A stretch of DNA of 64,000 nt, from NCBI GenBank assembly GCA_011364965.1, contig RDOB01000002.1:352001-416000 (forward strand). The letters are read 5' to 3'. Shown piece after piece: positions 9,332-17,923 of this stretch. The DNA comes from Candidatus Heimdallarchaeota archaeon (GTDB taxonomy: Archaea; Asgardarchaeota; Heimdallarchaeia; Hodarchaeales; Hodarchaeaceae). The notes beneath the pieces were generated by a model. That model was not told where the DNA came from. It worked only from the letters and a program-made list of their open reading frames with translations, and made no database searches. The position numbers and the translations under genes were made by a program. How positions within the stretch are numbered: position 1 is the stretch's first letter; every line of letters begins with the position of its first letter.

Positions 9332-10867
9332 ATGGTAAACATATTAGGATTTGATCTACCTTTATTTGTCTTTGCACTAGTTCCTATGACTACAGCTTCT
9401 CTTTTAGTATTGCTGGAAAGATTCCTCAACGTTTCACGAACTCAAAAGAACATAATGCACATAATTGCGTTCATGGGTGCAGCTACGGATGTTATCTTAG
9501 CATTTTTATTTGGTTATGCTATCTTGAACTCCACTGGGAACGAATTCTCGTCCACTTTCATCATTAATCTAGGTGCTGACGTCACCTCGCTGTTTTTCAT
9601 CTTGATCTTTACTACAGTGCATTTCGCAGTAACTGTATACTGTATAAATTACATGGAACAATTTGATGAGCTCCCGAGATTTTATGCTCTGCTATTAACT
9701 GTTGTAGCTGGTTTAAATCTAATTGCTTTGTCTACAGATTTCTTCACATTATTTGTAGCTTATGAAATGATGAACCTTTGTGCTTATTCAATGGTAGCGT
9801 TTTATAGAAATGTCGAATCAGCAGAAGCGAGTTTTAAATATCTTGTAATGAGCAGTTCTGGCGCCTTATTAATGCTATATGGCGTAGCATTAGTATATGG
9901 AACAACAGGATCGATTTCATTTGAAGCATTGGCTGCAATGTCACCAATGAACAATTTAGTTCTCTCTATAGGTGGAATCTTGATGATTCTAGGATTTGGA
10001 GTGACAGCAGCAATGTTATTCTTCAATACATGGCTTCCAGATGCGCACCCAGCCGCTCCCCCTCCAGCGCATGCGATGCTGAGTGGTATTATTACATTAG
10101 GCGGTACTTATGGTATGCTTCGAACTCTATTCTTAATTATACCACTTGATGCTCTTACTGGAGCAAATTGGAATATCGTTTTGATAGTTGTAGGAATTTT
10201 AACAACTCTTCAAGGGAATTTATTTGCTCTTATTCAGTTCCTGAGATCTGATCCGCAAGCACGGAATCTCAAGCGAATTTTCGCGTTCAGTACAATCAGT
10301 CACATGGGTTATTTGATAACTGGCCTAGGTGCAGGGACTATATTGGGTATCGGTGGCGTATTATTCCACGCTTTGAGCCATGCTCTTGCTAAAGGAGTAC
10401 TCTTTATGATTACAGGATTTCTCATCTATTCGACTGGAACCTATTATTTGGATCAGTATAAGGGTTTCGGACGAAGAGATCCTTTGATCGGTGTTTGTTT
10501 CGTAATAGGAAATTTCTCCTTAGCTTCTATTCCATTAACTAGTGGTTTCTGGTCAAAATTCCAAATAATTCTTGGCTTATTTGAAAATGGGAATCCTATA
10601 GGGGTATTTGCAGGGATCACGTTGCTGATTTTCACCTTCTTTGCCGCTGCAGGTTACCTGTGGTTAATCAAATATATTGTATTTGATAAATCAGATCAAG
10701 ATCCAAAGTACATCGAGAACTTTGATAGTGTAACTTTTTCCCGAAGGAAATCATGGTCAATGAAAGCTGCGATTGTATTCTTAGCTATTTTGGTTGTATT
10801 AATTGGTATATTTCCAGGACCAGTGGCAGATTTTGCTATTAAAGCCGCTACCGCCTTATTAGGGTAA
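9332..10867 (+). CDS. NuoM/N / MrpD-like antiporter subunit
   Basis: EASFKY, WLPDAH, KRIFAFSTISHMG, HALAKG and PLTSGFWSK motifs. Confidence 0.93.
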   Translation: MVNILGFDLPLFVFALVPMTTASLLVLLERFLNVSRTQKNIMHIIAFMGAATDVILAFLFGYAILNSTGNEFSSTFIINLGADVTSLFFILIFTTVHFAVTVYCINYMEQFDELPRFYALLLTVVAGLNLIALSTDFFTLFVAYEMMNLCAYSMVAFYRNVESAEASFKYLVMSSSGALLMLYGVALVYGTTGSISFEALAAMSPMNNLVLSIGGILMILGFGVTAAMLFFNTWLPDAHPAAPPPAHAMLSGIITLGGTYGMLRTLFLIIPLDALTGANWNIVLIVVGILTTLQGNLFALIQFLRSDPQARNLKRIFAFSTISHMGYLITGLGAGTILGIGGVLFHALSHALAKGVLFMITGFLIYSTGTYYLDQYKGFGRRDPLIGVCFVIGNFSLASIPLTSGFWSKFQIILGLFENGNPIGVFAGITLLIFTFFAAAGYLWLIKYIVFDKSDQDPKYIENFDSVTFSRRKSWSMKAAIVFLAILVVLIGIFPGPVADFAIKAATALLG

Positions 10868-10895
10868 ATCTTTACCCTATCTTCCTTTTTTTTTT
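10860..10895 (+). terminator. Hairpin plus T-tract at the end of the hydrogenase operon
   Basis: TAGGGTAAA-TC-TTTACCCTA inverted repeat overlapping the stop codon, followed by a run of about 10 T. Confidence 0.6.
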
Positions 10896-10975
10896 ACAGA
10901 TCTTTTCAACTAGAATTCTTTTTACACCTTAAATTAGAAAGTGTAATTAATTCATCTAAGTAGATTGTGTTTAAT

Positions 10976-11215
10976 ATGTGTTTAGCAATCCCAGCTCAAG
11001 TTGTGAAAAAGCTTGAAGATAATTTGGTTCTTGCAGATTTCGGCCGAGGAGTCCGAAGAGAAGTGAGTGTTTCCTTAATTCAGGAAAAGCTGACTGAAGG
11101 GGATTGGATCTTAATTCATACTGGATATGCAGTATCAAAGATGGAACCCGAAGATGCACGGGAAACACTTGCTCTTTGGGAAGAGATATGGGCAAATGAA
11201 GAAGATTCCATGTAA
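10976..11215 (+). CDS. hypC: Hydrogenase chaperone HypC (start moved to MCLAIP)
   Basis: MCLAIPAQV N-terminus and GDWILIHTGYA motif. Confidence 0.96.
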   Translation: MCLAIPAQVVKKLEDNLVLADFGRGVRREVSVSLIQEKLTEGDWILIHTGYAVSKMEPEDARETLALWEEIWANEEDSM

Positions 11216-11225
11216 ACTTTTCTTA

Positions 11226-12275
11226 TTAACACACTCTAGGTATTGGTTCACCCACTGGTTTATCTAGAATCCTGTGTCCTCCAATTCTTGTTCGTAATAG
11301 TACCTTCCCTGCCCTCTCTCTTTTTGCGCGTCCAATGATTGCTGCGTTTCGCCCCAATTCATGACTTTTTAAAATTTTAAGCACTTTTTCTGCATCCTCT
11401 GGGTGAACAGCAATAATAGCTTTCCCTTCACAAGAAACATTGAGTGGATCTATACCAAAAACTTCAGAGATTATTTTTACCTCTTCCAATATTGGAATTA
11501 CATCTTCATCAATCCATATTGAAACTTTAGATTTTTCTGCCCATTCATTTAGTACAGCAGTTAATCCACCTCTTGTGGGATCCTTTGCTGCATGAACTCG
11601 ATATTTGGTGATTGGAAGGATCAGTTCAGTTAAAGGAGCAACATCAGAATGTAGATTTGACTCTAATTCGGTACCCTCTCGACTAACTAACATTGCAAAA
11701 CCATGATCGCCTAAAGTACCAGATGTAATGATTATATCTTCGGGTTGAACTGAACTATCTGTTATTCTTTGGCCTTCAGGTATGATACCCAAACCTGTCG
11801 TATTAACTAAAATTTCTGTTTGATACATTGATCCCATTGGCATAACTTTAGTGTCACCTGCGACAATAGCAATCTCATATCTCGTTGTAATATCCACTAT
11901 TGTATCAATTATCTCCCCAAGAATTCCAAACTTTATCCCTTCACGTATTATAAGGGCTAAGGTAATTGCGATTGGTTTAGCTCCCATCATAAGTAAATCA
12001 TTAATTGTACCACAAGCTGCAAGCGTACCAATGTTACCACCTTTGAAAAAAATTGGTGTTACAGTATATGAGTCAGTTGTCACAACCAAATCAACTTTTT
12101 TATTTTCTAGTGGAATAATCGCTCCATCATCAAACGATTCAACCCCTAAACCTTGAGAAGTTACCCTTTTGATTTTGATTCGATCAGCAATGAATTTTAT
12201 TAATAAATCCATTTTTTTCCCCCCCTGACCCATATCGAGTTCGATCAATTTACCCTCTAATGACTCATCCAGCAA
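11226..12275 (-). CDS. hypE: Hydrogenase maturation dehydratase HypE
   Basis: TTDSYTVTP.FF.GG.IG.LA, GDTKV, DPTRGG and C-terminal PRVC. Confidence 0.96.
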   Translation of the reverse strand: MLDESLEGKLIELDMGQGGKKMDLLIKFIADRIKIKRVTSQGLGVESFDDGAIIPLENKKVDLVVTTDSYTVTPIFFKGGNIGTLAACGTINDLLMMGAKPIAITLALIIREGIKFGILGEIIDTIVDITTRYEIAIVAGDTKVMPMGSMYQTEILVNTTGLGIIPEGQRITDSSVQPEDIIITSGTLGDHGFAMLVSREGTELESNLHSDVAPLTELILPITKYRVHAAKDPTRGGLTAVLNEWAEKSKVSIWIDEDVIPILEEVKIISEVFGIDPLNVSCEGKAIIAVHPEDAEKVLKILKSHELGRNAAIIGRAKRERAGKVLLRTRIGGHRILDKPVGEPIPRVC

Positions 12276-12430
12276 AATGGTTGCACCTTTTGATGAAAAC
12301 TAATATTTACTCTTGATTCTTACAGAAAGCAAATTTCTATTAATATATGGTTATAGCTCACTTTTTTGTTGTTGATTGAATAATAGAATATCATCTCTTG
12401 GAATAAGAAGAATCTAAGGTGACAATATAA

Positions 12431-13990
12431 ATGACAAAACAATATTACGATTGTACATTCTTTAATGCTAATGTTATTACTCTAGACAAGCTCAATCCCG
12501 TTGCAGATATGGTTATGATACGAGAAGGGAAATTTACTTATGTAGGAGAATATAAAGAAAATTCAATTAATAATTCTGTTTTATCTATTGATTTAAAAGG
12601 AAAAACCATTCTTCCTGGCTTTATAGATCTTCATACGCATCTTTGGGCCGAAGCTCCTACCATATCAGTTGATTTAGGTTCAGCGAAAACATTTGCAGAA
12701 GCTTTAGAGATACTTAAAGCGGAAGTGAAATCAAAATCTCCTTCTGAGTGGATTTTTGCTTCTAATTGGGATGAATCGAAATGGCTGGATCGCCAAGATT
12801 TTTTGGATCGCAAAATTTTGGATGAAATCAGTATAAAAAATCCTATCTATGCAAAACGAGAAGATGGTCATTTAGTTTCCATTAACTCACCCGCTTTAAA
12901 GATATTACAGATCCCTGGCAGTCATCCAGGTTTAGAAAAGGATTCAAATGGCATACCCTCTGGTATATTGAAAGATGTATGGCTAGATATGTCTGAATTT
13001 TATAAAGAAATAATTCCTGCTAATATTTTGGACTCTATTGATATAGCTACTTCTAAGGGAATTACTTCCGTTGTAGACAATCTTACTATTATACCCAAAG
13101 GACAGAAGAACATCATTCAAGCCTATCAGAAATTAGATAATGAAGGTAAGCTAAACATCAGAGTATTTCTCAATCCGACTATTGCTTTACTTCAAGAGTT
13201 TCATCATTTAGGGCTTCAGCAAAATTGGGGTTCGGATAAGCTTCGTTTTTATGGCTTTAAAGCGTTTGTAGATGGAGCACTTGGAGCCAAAACAGCACGA
13301 ATCATATTTCCTTATGTAGGTACGGATATAAAAGGAAATATCTTTATAAATCAAGAGGAAATAATAAATAATATAACTTTTGCCGAAGAAAACAATTATA
13401 CAATGTGTATTCATGCTATTGGAGACGAAGCAATTGATATTCTTTTGGATTGTTATGAAAAGGGTATTAGTGCAACTGGAAGAAAAAGATCAGAGCGGAA
13501 ACACAGGATAGAACATGCAGAAATGATAACAAATGAACAAGTGCTTAAAGCTAAAAAATTGGGAATATTACTCTCCATGCAGCCGAATTTTCTAAAGTGG
13601 GAATATCCTGGGGGTCTATACGAGACTCGTTTAGGGAAAGATCGATTTATGGGTTTAAATAGATTTGCTGAAATCCAGCGATTAGGAGCGCAGCTATATT
13701 TTGGATCAGATAACATGCCCCTCTCACCTTTATATGGTATAAATATAGCAACTAACTTCCCTTCTGAAGCAATTCAGATTTCAGTATTAGACGCTCTAAG
13801 AGCTTATACTGTCAATAATTCGGAGGCTTTATTTATGGAAAATAAAATTGGGACGATTACTGTAGGGAAATTCGCTGATTTTGTCATATTAACTCAATCT
13901 CCGTTAGATATTCCGAAATCTGATATTAGTGATGAATTAGTTGAAAGTACATATGTGAATGGTAAATTGGTTTTTCAAAAGGATAAATAG
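12431..13990 (+). CDS. Amidohydrolase 3 (YtcJ-like) metal-dependent hydrolase
   Basis: PGFIDLHTH, K.FVDGALG, HAIGD, RIEHAE and GSD motifs. Confidence 0.9.
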   Translation: MTKQYYDCTFFNANVITLDKLNPVADMVMIREGKFTYVGEYKENSINNSVLSIDLKGKTILPGFIDLHTHLWAEAPTISVDLGSAKTFAEALEILKAEVKSKSPSEWIFASNWDESKWLDRQDFLDRKILDEISIKNPIYAKREDGHLVSINSPALKILQIPGSHPGLEKDSNGIPSGILKDVWLDMSEFYKEIIPANILDSIDIATSKGITSVVDNLTIIPKGQKNIIQAYQKLDNEGKLNIRVFLNPTIALLQEFHHLGLQQNWGSDKLRFYGFKAFVDGALGAKTARIIFPYVGTDIKGNIFINQEEIINNITFAEENNYTMCIHAIGDEAIDILLDCYEKGISATGRKRSERKHRIEHAEMITNEQVLKAKKLGILLSMQPNFLKWEYPGGLYETRLGKDRFMGLNRFAEIQRLGAQLYFGSDNMPLSPLYGINIATNFPSEAIQISVLDALRAYTVNNSEALFMENKIGTITVGKFADFVILTQSPLDIPKSDISDELVESTYVNGKLVFQKDK

Positions 13991-13998
13991 GTGTTATA

Positions 13999-14973
13999 AT
14001 GTCTCCCTTGGTTATCTTAACTCACAAAATTCCAGAGATCGGTCTAAATCTATTGAAGAATGAAATGAATGTAATTATTTTAGATGAAAAAGAAGATATT
14101 AATACTCAATTAAGGAAATTTATGCCTCAAACTGAATATTTGATTTCGCTTCTGTCCGTAAATGTGACAAAGGAATTAATAAATCTGGGTACTAAATTAA
14201 AAGGAATAGCAAACTATGCTGTTGGGTATAACAATATTGATATTAATGCAGCTCGGGAAAAGAATGTTCTGGTAACTAATACACCAGATGTACTTACTGA
14301 TGCAACCGCAGATCTAGTTTGGGCGCTAATTCTTGGAGTAACACGAAAAATCATCGAAGCAGATAAGGTTTGTAGAAAGAATGCTTTTCCAGGATGGTTA
14401 CCTGAATATCATCTGGGATTTGAAGTAACTGGAAAAACTATAGGTATCGTGGGAATGGGCCGCATAGGCGCTGCTGTAGCACAGCGTGCCAAAGGATTTG
14501 ATATGAAAGTGATCTATCACTCAAGATCAAGAAAATGGTCTCTCGAAGAAAATTATGGTTACGAGTATTATGAAGAATTACACCCTTTATTGAAGAATTC
14601 AGATATTGTAAGCTTAAATCTTCCATATACAAACGAAACACATCATCTAATTTCAAAGACTGAATTTGAAATTATGAAGCCTACTAGTTACCTAATTAAT
14701 ACAGCTAGAGGTAAAATAGTTAATGAATCTGATTTGGTACAGGCATTAAAAAGAAATCTTATCGCTGGAGCTGGATTAGATGTTTTTTATAATGAACCTG
14801 ACATTCCAGAAGCTCTGCGATCTTTAAAGAATGTGATCCTAACCCCACATATTGGTTCTGCAACGTTTCAAGCTCGTGATGCTATGTCGAAAATGGTTGC
14901 GGATAATATAATAGCTATCGAACATGGATTAACTCCACCCAACCTAATACCAGAATTTAAAAATAGAAAGTAA
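13999..14973 (+). CDS. D-2-hydroxyacid dehydrogenase (glyoxylate reductase / D-glycerate dehydrogenase)
   Basis: VGYNNID, GMGRIG, NTARG, GLDVF..EP and TPHIGSAT motifs. Confidence 0.93.
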   Translation: MSPLVILTHKIPEIGLNLLKNEMNVIILDEKEDINTQLRKFMPQTEYLISLLSVNVTKELINLGTKLKGIANYAVGYNNIDINAAREKNVLVTNTPDVLTDATADLVWALILGVTRKIIEADKVCRKNAFPGWLPEYHLGFEVTGKTIGIVGMGRIGAAVAQRAKGFDMKVIYHSRSRKWSLEENYGYEYYEELHPLLKNSDIVSLNLPYTNETHHLISKTEFEIMKPTSYLINTARGKIVNESDLVQALKRNLIAGAGLDVFYNEPDIPEALRSLKNVILTPHIGSATFQARDAMSKMVADNIIAIEHGLTPPNLIPEFKNRK

Positions 14974-14976
14974 AGG

Positions 14977-16650
14977 TTACTGGATTTGTTCCAGGTTTCC
15001 TTTACAATAAGGACATGTTGTAACCCCTGTTTCTTTGATATTGGCATAACAGTCACTGCATATCTTTCGAGAGCACTGATCGCATTTATATGCAGAATCT
15101 GTTGATGGATGAGTTTCTCCATCAAGTTGACAATGGAAGGATTCACGTTCATCAGGGAAATATTTGTGGGTTTTGATAGGTTGTTCAACCTTTGCTCCGC
15201 AATACTTACAGAATCGACTGTTTGGTAGAAGATCTCGACCACAACTACGACAATTTGTCTCGTTTGCTGGAGTAGTTATTTTCGAAACGCCATAATCTCT
15301 ACCAACAAGTTTCGCACCGCAGTTTGTACAATATGTATCTCCTATTTTCGTCTTGAAATTGCATCTATGGCACTGCCCTTCCTTTAATGTCGGGATTCCG
15401 GCACTCGGAGGAACCTCTGTTGTTGGAGGAGTGCTTGGAGGCGTTGTGGTTGCATCTGGAACTACTGCTGGAGCTTTCTTTGCTTTACTTCTTTGAATAA
15501 GGGCAATTATCAAGATAAGAACTATAATACCACCTATTACTAAAAGAACTGGTTGAAAATCAAGCCATCGTTGTTCATAAGTTATATTGGTTTGATATGT
15601 GACATCAAAAGTGATGTCCACCGACTCTGCGGGGTTTATGAAGGGATCGAAATAGATAAAGAAATACCAATCACCATCAGAAGGAACAGTATAACTATCA
15701 GGAGCAATGTAATCTACAGCTTCATAAAGCACAGGAGCAGCAGAAAAGTCATACACTCCGACTGCATTATAATTTACAGTAAAATCGACATTGATTGGAC
15801 TAGTTCCAGCGTTATACCACACTAAATACCAATCTTGTGCATATGGTATAGTATATGAACCATTATCTCCTGAACTACCAAAATAAGAAACATCAGGATA
15901 TATTGTTTCCCAATTATTCCATCGACTAAGTTCATTTGCATCTGTTATGAAGAATTCGATGTCTCCTCCAGAAACAGTGAAATCATATGCCAAAATGGAT
16001 CCAGGTTTGAGGAAATACCCAATATACTGGTAATCATGATTCGCTTGAACAACCATATTTTCACTGTAACTACCTGTAAGAGTACGTGTTGCAGGAAACG
16101 TTTCAAAAGGTTGATTCCAGATAATAAATGTCACTTCACTGAATGCATCTAATGTGTAATCAATTTGCTGACCAGCAGATAATTGTTCTCGTTCATACCA
16201 ATATTCATTGTAATAGAGAGTTTGAGTATCGCGATAGGTCACCGTACCATCTGCAGAGGCGTTTGTGAATGGGAAAGGGATGAATGCCATACCTAGTAGT
16301 GGAAGTATAATGAGTAATGCAATAATTCCAAGTACAATACCACTACTCCAGTAAACTGGAGCATAATACCAAGGACGATAAGGGTAACCCCACCACCAAT
16401 ACCAACCCCACGGTCTACGCCACCATGGGCGCCAGAATCCCCAGTGTCTTCTTCCATAAGGATGGTAATGCCCGCGTGAAATACCACTACTCCGAGGTGC
16501 TCTTGATACTGTCCGTCTTGATCCTGTTCTTCCAAAGGGTCTCCCAGAGGATCTTATACTTCCAGTACGAAAGCTGTGGCTACCACCTCTAAAGCCGCCC
16601 CCTCTAAAGCCGCCCCCACCCCTGAAACCACCACCACCGCCACGAGGCAT
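14977..16650 (-). CDS. Two-TM membrane protein: RGG/Trp-rich N-tail, beta-sandwich ectodomain (APD1-4-like), Pro/Thr linker, double zinc ribbons and C-terminal RING-like domain; putative E3 ligase
   Basis: GGFRGG repeats; TMs near aa 104-127 and 367-386; CHRC/CTNC/CRSC/CKYC; C-x2-D-x12-C-x2-C-x4-C-x2-C-x11-CPYC; GGAGG SD upstream. Confidence 0.7.
   Translation of the reverse strand: MPRGGGGGFRGGGGFRGGGFRGGSHSFRTGSIRSSGRPFGRTGSRRTVSRAPRSSGISRGHYHPYGRRHWGFWRPWWRRPWGWYWWWGYPYRPWYYAPVYWSSGIVLGIIALLIILPLLGMAFIPFPFTNASADGTVTYRDTQTLYYNEYWYEREQLSAGQQIDYTLDAFSEVTFIIWNQPFETFPATRTLTGSYSENMVVQANHDYQYIGYFLKPGSILAYDFTVSGGDIEFFITDANELSRWNNWETIYPDVSYFGSSGDNGSYTIPYAQDWYLVWYNAGTSPINVDFTVNYNAVGVYDFSAAPVLYEAVDYIAPDSYTVPSDGDWYFFIYFDPFINPAESVDITFDVTYQTNITYEQRWLDFQPVLLVIGGIIVLILIIALIQRSKAKKAPAVVPDATTTPPSTPPTTEVPPSAGIPTLKEGQCHRCNFKTKIGDTYCTNCGAKLVGRDYGVSKITTPANETNCRSCGRDLLPNSRFCKYCGAKVEQPIKTHKYFPDERESFHCQLDGETHPSTDSAYKCDQCSRKICSDCYANIKETGVTTCPYCKGNLEQIQ
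16586..16615. repeat. Perfect 15-bp tandem repeat encoding RGG-box units
   Basis: CCTCTAAAGCCGCCC x2, with a degenerate third copy adjacent. Confidence 0.85.
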
Positions 16651-16655
16651 TTGTT

Positions 16656-17630
16656 TTATTCCTCCTTAGCAGCAGTGCTTGTTGCTTCACGGAATATTAT
16701 GTCTCTTGCTACTGCTGCTACTAAAAATATTATAGCTAATCCACTAAATGTGACTCCTAAGATATCAATTTGAGCTGAGGATGCACGGATCGCACCAAAT
16801 AGAAGTATTAATACAAATAAAAGCCATTCGATGAGTAGATTGCCAATTCCAACTAATAATCCAATTTGATGCCAATTTCGATTAAGTTTAATTTTGTGAT
16901 AATCAGCAGATGCCCATTGATAAATCGCAAACGCACTGAAAATGCTTAATAATAAAAACACAATCCCATATACAGCTAACAATAGCCAGAATAAACCAAA
17001 GTCACCTTGGAGAGTTAAATAGCTGTAGATCGATCCACCTCCTCGCGCTTCGAAAAGATAGTACGTTACAAGGTCTGGTCCTGAAGCGGGTACAATAGGT
17101 GCTTTCAGAAAACCAGCTAATCCAATTGCAGGCGCTAAACCTCCAAAAAACAAAAATAGGACTGTTGCTAGTAATGTAAACGCATAATTAAACTGGCGAG
17201 GATTGGATACTGGAATTAATCCTTTCAAATCTTCGTATTTTTCAGGTAAATAGCCCCAACAATCCGTTATGGTGGCTACACCCAATAATTCCTGATTTTC
17301 AACAACAGGAATTACAGAAACATCTAAATCGCGCATACGTGTGAAAGCAACTGCAACAGGGGTATTATTTGTAACTGGATCAATGGTATACATGACTTCA
17401 GTCACTTTTGCATTTTCTGCAGATAAACCTTCAGCAACTAGATTTGTGACTATATCAAAGTCAGCAATTACCCCAACGACGTTATTCCCTTTATCAACAA
17501 CAACCAGATCTGGAATCCCCGCTTCTTTCATTTTCATGGCCGCATCTTTTACAGATGCTTCACTTGAGATCACATCATATTCATCATCGATCGTTAGATC
17601 CGCAATTTTAAATTCCTTATCATTAGACAA
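16656..17630 (-). CDS. CBS-pair (Bateman) domain fused to a 4-TM membrane domain
   Basis: Two CBS repeats (LVVVD..VVGVI..DI; IPVVE..LLGV.T..D) followed by four hydrophobic helices. Confidence 0.85.
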   Translation of the reverse strand: MSNDKEFKIADLTIDDEYDVISSEASVKDAAMKMKEAGIPDLVVVDKGNNVVGVIADFDIVTNLVAEGLSAENAKVTEVMYTIDPVTNNTPVAVAFTRMRDLDVSVIPVVENQELLGVATITDCWGYLPEKYEDLKGLIPVSNPRQFNYAFTLLATVLFLFFGGLAPAIGLAGFLKAPIVPASGPDLVTYYLFEARGGGSIYSYLTLQGDFGLFWLLLAVYGIVFLLLSIFSAFAIYQWASADYHKIKLNRNWHQIGLLVGIGNLLIEWLLFVLILLFGAIRASSAQIDILGVTFSGLAIIFLVAAVARDIIFREATSTAAKEE

Positions 17631-17923
17631 TAGAAAAGTAAACCTCCGATTTCATATTGATTGAGATAACTTACGTTGGATAGTCCGTAAATTCATCATA
17701 TAAAGCTAGTTCTTGCAGAAGCTTGTAGAAGTCTTGAAAATTAAAAATGAAATAACTGAAACACCATTACTTTCAGCTCTAATGTTTCCAAAGGTGTCTT
17801 TTGGGATTTTATAAAGATCTTATTCCTTTGTTCGAGTAATAAGAGATAATTTTTCATTAATTTTTGAGTTGTAGAAAGTATAAAGCGACTATTTTTATAC
17901 AGAATATAATCATTTAAGCTAAA

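Noticed and set aside
2751-10635. Short minus-strand ORFs within the hydrogenase operon
   Set aside because: Antisense shadows of well-supported genes, with no motifs.
2378-10867. Calling the operon NADH:quinone oxidoreductase (complex I)
   Set aside because: The D subunit keeps both Ni-binding CxxC motifs, the B subunit has CxxC, NuoEFG are absent and hyp genes flank the operon.
14868-17664. Alternative-frame ORFs overlapping the RING and CBS genes (14868-15242, 15553-15825, 16293-16535, 16576-16773, 17341-17664)
   Set aside because: They overlap longer genes with clear domains and are by-products of low-complexity or GC-richer codons.
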